A stretch of 64,000 nt of DNA from Macrostomum lignano. Its lineage: Eukaryota. The stretch lies in contig NIVC01000392.1 in assembly GCA_002269645.1 (NCBI GenBank), forward strand, positions 558,001 to 622,000. Direction: 5' to 3'. The position numbers and the translations under genes were made by a program. Shown here piece by piece: positions 59,401 to 64,000 of the stretch. The notes beneath the pieces are model-generated. The model was not told the DNA's origin, searched no databases, and was given only the letters and a program-made list of their open reading frames with translations. Each line of letters starts with the position of its first letter. The first letter of the stretch is position 1.

Positions 59401-60584
59401 TGCGCTTGTTCAGCAGGACAATGTGCTTCTTGAATGGCTCGCCGTTCTGTCTAACATAAATTCGCTTGCAGTCCGCCCGCTTGAACACGGGAGCATAGGC
59501 GGCTGCGGCGGCGGCGCCCTGGTCGTCCGGCGCGGCGGCCGTGTCCGAGTTCGGGTAACTGTTCGCGTCCCGGCGTGGGCGGGCGCGAAATCGCATCGGC
59601 TGGGCCAGTGGGGACGCGGCGGAGGCGTCGGTTGCTGCTGCTGATGCAACGCCGCCCGTTAGCTTGCCGGTGGCCCGCCAGGCCGGCGTGACAATTGGCC
59701 TGCGGATCGGATTGGGATTCTGTCTGTGTGTCTGTGTGTCTGTGTGTCTGTGTGTCTGTGTGTCTGTGTGTCTGTGTGTCTGTGTCTGTGTGTCTGTGTG
59801 TCTGTGTGTCTGTGTGTCTGTGTCTGTGTGTCTGTGTGTCTGTGTGTCTGTGTGTTTGTGTGTCTGTGTGTCTGTGTGTCTGTGTGTCTGTGTGTCTGTG
59901 TGTCTGTGTGTCTGTGTGTCTGTGTGTCTGTCTGTCTGTGTCTGTGTGTCTGTGTGTCTGTGTGTCTGTGTCTGTGTGTCTGTGTGTCTGTGTGTCTGTG
60001 TGTCTGTGTGTCTGTGTGTCTGTGTGTCTGTGTGTCTGTGTGTCTGTGTGTCTGTGTGTCTGTGTGTCTGTCTGTCTGTGTCTGTGTGTCTGTGTGTCTG
60101 TGTGTCTGTGTCTGTGTGTCTGTGTGTCTGTGTGTCTGTGTGTCTGTGTGTCTGTGTGTCTGTGTGTCTGTGTGTCTGTGTCTGTGTGTCTGTGTGTCTG
60201 TGTGTCTGTGTGTCTGTGTATCTGTGTGTCTGTGTCTGTGTGTCTGTCTGTCTGTGTGTCTGTGTGTCTGTGTGTCTGTGTCTGTGTGTCTGTCTGTCTG
60301 TGTGTCTGTGTGTCTGTGTGTCTGTGTATCTGTGTCTGTGTGTCTGTCTGTCTGTGTGTCTGTGTGTCTGTGTGTCTGTGTGTCTGTGTGTCTGTGTCTG
60401 TGTGTCTGTCTGTCTGTGTGTCTGTGTGTCTGTGTCTGTGTGTCTGTGTGTCTGTGTGTCTGTCTGTCTGTCTGTGTGTCTGTGTGTCTGTCTGTCTGTC
60501 TGTGTGTCTGTGTGTCTGTCTGTCTGTCTGTGTGTCTGTGTGTCTGTGTGTCTGTGTGTCTGTCTGTCTGTCTGTGTGTCTGTG

Positions 60585-60631
<47 letters not shown>

Positions 60632-61430
60632 GTGTCTGTCTGTCTGTCTATGTGTCTGTCTGTCTGTCTGTCTGTCTGTCTTAGTGTCTGTCTGTCTGTC
60701 TGTCTTAGTGTCTGTCTGTCTGTCTGTCTTAGTGTCTGTCTGTCTGTCTGTCTTAGTGTCTGTCTGTCTGTCTGTCTGCTGTCCGTTTCTGTCTCTCACT
60801 TATTGGGATCGACAGGCGCGGCAGCCCGTCTCTGCCTAGTGGAGCACAGGTAGTGCCCCTGATTGTCGAAATCCTCCAACGAGCTGAGCCTATCGCGGCC
60901 TCGCGGCGTGAAGACGGCCCGAACTCCGTAGCTCAGCTCCGGCATTCGGTCCGTCAGCTCCGTCAGCAAGGCGTCGAAGCCTCGATAGCGATTGGGGTGG
61001 ATGGCCACCCTGATCGGCTGCTTGAAGGTCACGCCGTCCCGGTGGAAATACACCGTCTTAGCCTGCTTCGGCCGGTTTGACTCGTTGCTAGGGCCGAAGT
61101 CTGCGGCAGTGCCGGCAGCCGCAGCCGCCCCAGCCTCTCCATGGGTGTCCCCGGAGCCGTTCTCTTCGCCCTGCTGCTGCATGTCGAACTCGGCGAACTC
61201 CGGTAGCGTCAGGTTCCTGAGGCTGTCGCTGTCAGCGCAGCTCTCCTCCGTGTCGCTCGGCCGCCTCAGCTGCCGGTTCCGCTGCTGCTGACGATGGATT
61301 TGACTGGGATTTGAGCTCACTTCCGATGGGGTCTGCTCCACTGCCGACTGGGGCCAGGGTGTGCTCACTCGGTGACCGGATTCTTCGTTGGTGCCGTTGT
61401 GATCCTGCTGGGAGTGCGACTCCGCGTCGT
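28933..61430 (-). CDS. RP1-like: Large multi-exon RP1/LOXHD1-like gene: 2 DCX, 2 PLAT, 2 FGF-like beta-trefoils, about 12 more PLAT repeats; 5' end not found
   Basis: 27 GT-AG exons assembled by hand with consistent phases, 9113 nt in total (about 3037 codons incl. stop). DCX1 matches the RP1 family pattern ([10 protein letters not shown]...FDALLTELT...[12 protein letters not shown]). PLAT motifs recur (Y.V.V.TG, G..G.SG, LG.L.K...HD, W, RWL). Confidence 0.85.
29607..31180 (-). CDS. Exon: several partly degenerate PLAT repeats
   Basis: YQVSLRLG...LHGDLGESG...[13 protein letters not shown]...FPARRWLD; gtaagt donor. Confidence 0.87.
31195..31700. repeat. Degenerate intronic minisatellite (CTCTTTGGGATTCC / AATCTGGGATTCC)
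   Basis: Direct periodicity. Confidence 0.85.
31778..32444 (-). CDS. Exon: PLAT repeats
   Basis: [11 protein letters not shown]...MDTFLVTAV...[16 protein letters not shown]; tgtcag/gtgagg. Confidence 0.85.
32455..33580. repeat. 24-bp intronic minisatellite (ACAGGTGTGAGACTTCAGTGTCTA)
   Basis: About 46 copies, nearly filling one intron. Confidence 0.97.
33611..34024 (-). CDS. Exon: PLAT repeats
   Basis: [13 protein letters not shown]...[15 protein letters not shown]...VDYVIGVRT; gctcag/gtggga. Confidence 0.82.
34140..34460. repeat. Degenerate 13-bp intronic repeat (GAGATACCAGGTT)
   Basis: Direct periodicity. Confidence 0.85.
34703..34915 (-). CDS. Exon: PLAT repeat junction
   Basis: [22 protein letters not shown]; atgcag/gtgagc. 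Confidence 0.85.
35557..36749 (-). CDS. Exon: about 2.5 PLAT repeats
   Basis: [48 protein letters not shown]; ctccag/gtaagg. Confidence 0.9.
36877..37003 (-). CDS. Exon: end of PLAT repeat
   Basis: VILEHR...[10 protein letters not shown]...EVAHELPL; taccag/gtgagc. Confidence 0.85.
37262..37475 (-). mobile_element. tRNA-derived SINE, family 1
   Basis: A-box TAGCCCACTGG, B-box GGCTCGATTCC, (AATGTACAT)n tail; second copy 56976-57124, 3' fragment ~43445-43515. Confidence 0.75.
37517..37773 (-). CDS. Exon: PLAT repeat
   Basis: [10 protein letters not shown]...[12 protein letters not shown]...[10 protein letters not shown]...WFVKQ. Confidence 0.87.
37925..38163. repeat. 14-bp intronic repeat (GAGAGGTAGATTCC)
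   Basis: Direct periodicity. Confidence 0.95.
38395..38787 (+). mobile_element. Solo LTR related to the Gypsy LTR at 8849-9668
   Basis: TGTGACG...CGTGACA termini, 5-bp TSD ATCTG, homology blocks to the reverse complement of 9356-9480 and 9630-9668. Confidence 0.88.
39320..39900. mobile_element. MITE-like internally deleted DNA transposon with long (~130-170 bp) imperfect TIRs
   Basis: TA|TACCTTTTAGCGATC...GATCGCTAAAAGGTA|TA; the arms are reverse complements; the core reads [16 protein letters not shown] on the minus strand, like a Tc1/IS630-type transposase start. Confidence 0.8.
40715..40741 (-). CDS. Candidate micro-exon 5 (27 nt, phase 1-1): (G)NQASAQPG
   Basis: ttgcag acceptor, gtaagc donor. 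Confidence 0.5.
41877..41939 (-). CDS. Candidate micro-exon 4 (63 nt, phase 1-1): (A)[20 protein letters not shown]
   Basis: ttacag acceptor, gtataa donor. Confidence 0.58.
42099..42158 (-). CDS. Candidate micro-exon 3 (60 nt, phase 1-1): (D)[19 protein letters not shown]
   Basis: tttcag acceptor, gtaaat donor. Confidence 0.62.
42240..42275 (-). CDS. Candidate micro-exon 2 (36 nt, phase 1-1): (E)[11 protein letters not shown]
   Basis: cttcag acceptor, gtaagt donor. Confidence 0.62.
42729..42797 (-). CDS. Candidate micro-exon 1 (69 nt, phase 1-1): (G)[22 protein letters not shown]
   Basis: gtacag acceptor, gtgcga donor, open frame, length divisible by 3. Confidence 0.55.
43047..43281 (-). 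CDS. Exon: PLAT repeat, second half
   Basis: [18 protein letters not shown]...WHCDHVTV; ttacag/gtgagt, phase-1 donor. Confidence 0.82.
43722..44474. repeat. 12-bp intronic repeat (GATGACCACTTA / GATAACCACTTA)
   Basis: Direct periodicity. Confidence 0.97.
44509..44901 (-). CDS. Exon: PLAT repeats
   Basis: [14 protein letters not shown]...[10 protein letters not shown]...[13 protein letters not shown]. Confidence 0.85.
45160..46040. repeat. 21-bp intronic repeat (GGCGCTAAAATGAGTGCCTGT)
   Basis: Direct periodicity. Confidence 0.97.
46255..46827. repeat. 18-bp (2 x 9) intronic repeat starting at the splice donor
   Basis: Minus strand GTATGAGTA-GTGTGAGTA repeated about 32 times. Confidence 0.97.
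46828..47144 (-). CDS. Exon: linker + PLAT repeat
   Basis: SWRLLLDTV...[15 protein letters not shown]...SQDEFQ; caacag/gtatga. Confidence 0.82.
47192..47421 (-). mobile_element. tRNA-derived CORE-type SINE, family 2
   Basis: tRNA-like head (TAGCCCAGTG...GGTTCGATTC), then GCAAGACACTTAAC...CAGCTGTAAAATGGGT resembling the CORE domain; 3' fragment at ~54488-54580 (+). Confidence 0.7.
47725..48152. repeat. 21-bp intronic repeat (AAACAGGTGTCTAAAGTACGG)
   Basis: Direct periodicity. Confidence 0.95.
48175..48352 (-). CDS. Exon: end of FGF-like trefoil 2 (not in the ORF track)
   Basis: [40 protein letters not shown]; cgccag/gtaagt. Confidence 0.85.
48835..49160. repeat. (GGTA)n microsatellite
   Basis: Read directly. 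Confidence 0.97.
49195..49596 (-). CDS. Exon: FGF-like trefoils 1 and 2
   Basis: [23 protein letters not shown]...AHFRVHKV...[16 protein letters not shown]; actcag/gtgagt. Confidence 0.85.
49630..50120. repeat. 31-bp intronic repeat (CCTCAGTTGCTGGGCCACCAGCCTCCCAGAT)
   Basis: Direct periodicity. Confidence 0.95.
50751..50854 (-). CDS. Exon: FGF-like trefoil 1 (not in the ORF track)
   Basis: [34 protein letters not shown]; ttccag/gtgagg. Confidence 0.8.
51070..51545. repeat. 63-bp intronic minisatellite
   Basis: CACAGCTC recurs at 51257 and 51320; about 7 copies. Confidence 0.93.
51606..51829 (-). CDS. Exon: end of PLAT2 and start of FGF-like trefoil 1 (not in the ORF track)
   Basis: [17 protein letters not shown]...[18 protein letters not shown]; tttcag acceptor, gtgcgt donor. 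Confidence 0.82.
52164..52321 (-). CDS. Exon: PLAT domain 2, second part
   Basis: [34 protein letters not shown]...FLCNR. Confidence 0.92.
52420..52800. repeat. Degenerate purine-rich intronic repeat (GAAATGAAGCACCAGTGATGGAAATGAGGAA)
   Basis: Motif recurs 5-6 times. Confidence 0.8.
52974..53167 (-). CDS. Exon: PLAT domain 2, first part
   Basis: [33 protein letters not shown]...FQKGQ. Confidence 0.92.
54738..54963 (-). CDS. Exon: PLAT domain 1, second half
   Basis: [22 protein letters not shown]...[18 protein letters not shown]; gtaagc donor. Confidence 0.9.
55015..55597. repeat. 10-bp intronic repeat (GATTAGCAAT)
   Basis: Direct periodicity, fills most of a 721-bp intron. Confidence 0.97.
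55685..55866 (-). CDS. Exon: PLAT domain 1, first half
   Basis: [10 protein letters not shown]...[12 protein letters not shown]...[10 protein letters not shown]; tttcag/gtgagc. Confidence 0.88.
56152..56194 (+). mobile_element. Isolated Helitron tail-to-head junction (hairpin-CTAG|TCCTATATACTAAAA)
   Basis: Near-exact reverse complement of the 19945-19986 junction; the flanks are unrelated. Confidence 0.75.
56310..56517 (-). CDS. Exon: end of DCX2 + linker
   Basis: [25 protein letters not shown]; phases 0/1 fit the neighbours. Confidence 0.8.
56630..56934 (+). mobile_element. Diverged solo LTR of the TRIM family
   Basis: TGTCGCGA...TACA termini, 5-bp TSD GTATT, colinear with the reverse complement of 21663-21971. 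Confidence 0.9.
56976..57124 (-). mobile_element. tRNA-derived SINE family 1, second copy
   Basis: Shares GCACTTGGAATCGAGCCTGGGCCGCTGGCACATCAGA with 37262-37475. Confidence 0.75.
57878..58892. repeat. 20-bp intronic repeat (CTGACACTCCACTGCCTCCC)
   Basis: About 50 copies. Confidence 0.97.
59312..59723 (-). CDS. Exon: linker + doublecortin domain 2 (first part)
   Basis: [35 protein letters not shown]...[11 protein letters not shown]; gtaagt donor; acceptor chosen by phase. Confidence 0.82.
59724..60780. repeat. Compound (TG/TGTC)n microsatellite filling the intron between the DCX exons
   Basis: Read directly. Confidence 0.97.
60800..61430 (-). CDS. Exon: N-terminal region + doublecortin domain 1
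   Basis: ttgcag acceptor, gtgaga donor; DCX motifs. Confidence 0.88.
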
Positions 61431-61441
61431 CTGCAATTATA

Positions 61442-61711
<270 letters not shown>

Positions 61712-62005
61712 ATTTAGTACGAGCTTAGAGTAGTAGTTGTGTTTTTGTAGTTTTTGCACTTCTTGTTGTCGTTTGATTGTTTAAAAATTTTTACGGTACA
61801 TCCAAAAAGATTACGGAAATATAATTCTAACAATTTGAATCCCTAACAACTTTGTTGACCAAGGAAATTTGATACTTTGTCGATAGACGAAGCGGAATTC
61901 GAACAGATTATGACAGGGCGTCAGTCACCTACGCGGCTGAAAGCAATTTTGTATACATTATTTCGTATCGAAAATCTGACACATCGATACATGTAGATTC
62001 ATTGT

Positions 62006-62275
<270 letters not shown>

Positions 62276-64000
62276 GAATCCCCTGAATCGCTTCTAACTG
62301 CTTACCCATCATCTTCCAGCCCGAAGGGAAGTGAGCAGGTGCTGCGCCGATTCAAGTAGCCTCTTTTAGTTCGAAAAAGGGGTTGCTTTGTGATTTACCA
62401 GAATGCTCCGTTAGCCAAATTCTTATCTGAATTTGTAGGAATTCCGCAAAATCTTTTTTTCCCACAAAATGAGCTGAGATATTTATACGGCCGAGGAAGA
62501 CACGGCTTGATGAGGCATGCAGGCAGACCACTCAGAGTACTCACACTGTCTGCTCCAGCAAGACGTCATTGGTTCAGCCGCCCTTGCTTCCCTTCCTTCC
62601 TGGAATCCTGGCTCCTCAGCAGGCCACATCCCGAACTTTCCTTTTCCCCTCGTCCCTGTCTATCCCTACCTGATCAAATCCCTCAATTCCTTGCTCCCCC
62701 TTGTCACCCTTTTCCTTGACAACGGACACAGAGTAATAGAGAATGCGGAACTCGATTTCCTTTCGTACGGGATGGGGGATTGAAATCCCAGCTCCAGCCT
62801 CCAGGTAGACTACAGTAGCCAGACTCACTAAGATAGGAGATTAAGATTGCTCGAGGCTTACAAATTCGTAGTAGATTAACAGTACTGAGTGAAAGTGAAC
62901 TGTTTCTACTGAGCAATTGTAACTCAGGTGGAAGATCGAACCAGAACTCAGTGAGGGTAACATGAGACGGATATAAGAAGCGCACTGTGTGGACACAGGC
63001 CTCCCAGTAGTGCCAAAAAAGTGGCAACAAAATCGTCAATAGGTAAATCCGATGAGATGGATGGATGGGGAAAAGTTGTTGAAATTTGATAAGCTTCTGA
63101 CGAACACGAGTATGAGTTTGTTTTCCCCTAACAGAAGGTTGCTAGGCGTAGCTCACCATCTGTTACATGGTCAGTAAATTGTATTTAGCTTTTTTGTGAT
63201 CAATTGAGCTGCCGATTGGCAATTATCAGGCTAGAAATATAAATATGAAGAGTATATAAAAGAAGAATATATATTGTGTTTTTTCTAATCACAGTGAGAA
63301 TTAGCTCTGTTTATGGCTAAAAAATCGAGAAAATAGTCATGAAAATGGATACTAATATGAGCCTAAAACTGGACCACTATGTTTGTATAATTTAAATTAG
63401 GAAACCTCTTTTTACTAATTAACTTCCTTCATTGTCATTTGAAATGAACATGTTGGGATTTAAGTATAAAGTAATTATTACTTTTAACGCTTGAACCTTT
63501 ACATATACATAAATAAAGAATTACTATTGTACTCAAAGTAAAGTTGTATTATACGCGATCTAAGCCCTAATAAATACATACACATTAGCTAGCAAAAGAA
63601 AGCCTATAAGATTGTGTCACAAAACTCTAGTGTGCTGCTTTGAGTTTTAAGCAGCAAAACATATAGCTTATATATAATACAGACAAAGTATACGCGTGTA
63701 AAAGCTTTTATAGTCTACACCAAATAAAAAGTTGACAAAAGAATATATTTTTGTTGTAACATAAAAAATGGTAAATCAAATAAGCAAAAGAAAATTCTAT
63801 TAAGGCTCGGCACGCAGCAGCAAAACCTAAACAGAATATTCGGATCGAATAAATTAAGTCGAACTTGTTGGTTACAGTAGATTTAAGCGTTAAAACAAAA
63901 ATACCATATTGTATATTGTTATCTGCAGTGATAAATTCAAAAGCTCTTGAATAGATTTGCAATTTTTATTCGAAGTTCTTCTTGCCAACAAAAGCTTTGA

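Noticed and set aside
59664-60853. 300-500 aa CV-rich and TDTQ-rich ORFs
   Set aside because: Microsatellite translation; only 59312-59723 of the 513-aa ORF is real (DCX2 exon)
62300-63070. Possible LINE remnant in moderately GC-rich unique sequence
   Set aside because: No RT or endonuclease motif recognisable in any frame
63140-63165. CAG-ATG|GTGAGC as the missing first exon of the RP1-like gene
   Set aside because: It would be a phase-0 donor, whereas the 61430 acceptor needs phase 1

Overview
Eukaryotic, repeat-rich animal genomic DNA. TTAGGG tracts, GC/Ala-rich exons and minisatellite-filled introns are consistent with a flatworm such as Macrostomum, but the organism is an inference. 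The left part (1-27.6 kb) is a nest of mobile elements: a tandem array of non-autonomous Helitron-like units with short (TTAGGG)n tracts; a minus-strand Ty3/Gypsy element with one uninterrupted 1933-codon gag-pol ORF, a 3' LTR and PPT but no 5' LTR; two tail-to-head Helitron-like units carrying a 23-bp satellite; a young 1.74-kb non-autonomous LTR element inserted in that satellite; and a decayed mariner. The right part (28.9-61.4 kb) is one large minus-strand gene, assembled by hand into 27 GT-AG exons whose phases all agree (about 3037 codons, 5' end not found). It encodes DCX-DCX, PLAT-PLAT, two FGF-like beta-trefoils and about a dozen further PLAT repeats (RP1/LOXHD1-like), and includes five frame-preserving micro-exons. 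The most striking observation is a cold-shock (OB-fold) domain inside the Gypsy polyprotein, between the Gag zinc knuckle and the protease.
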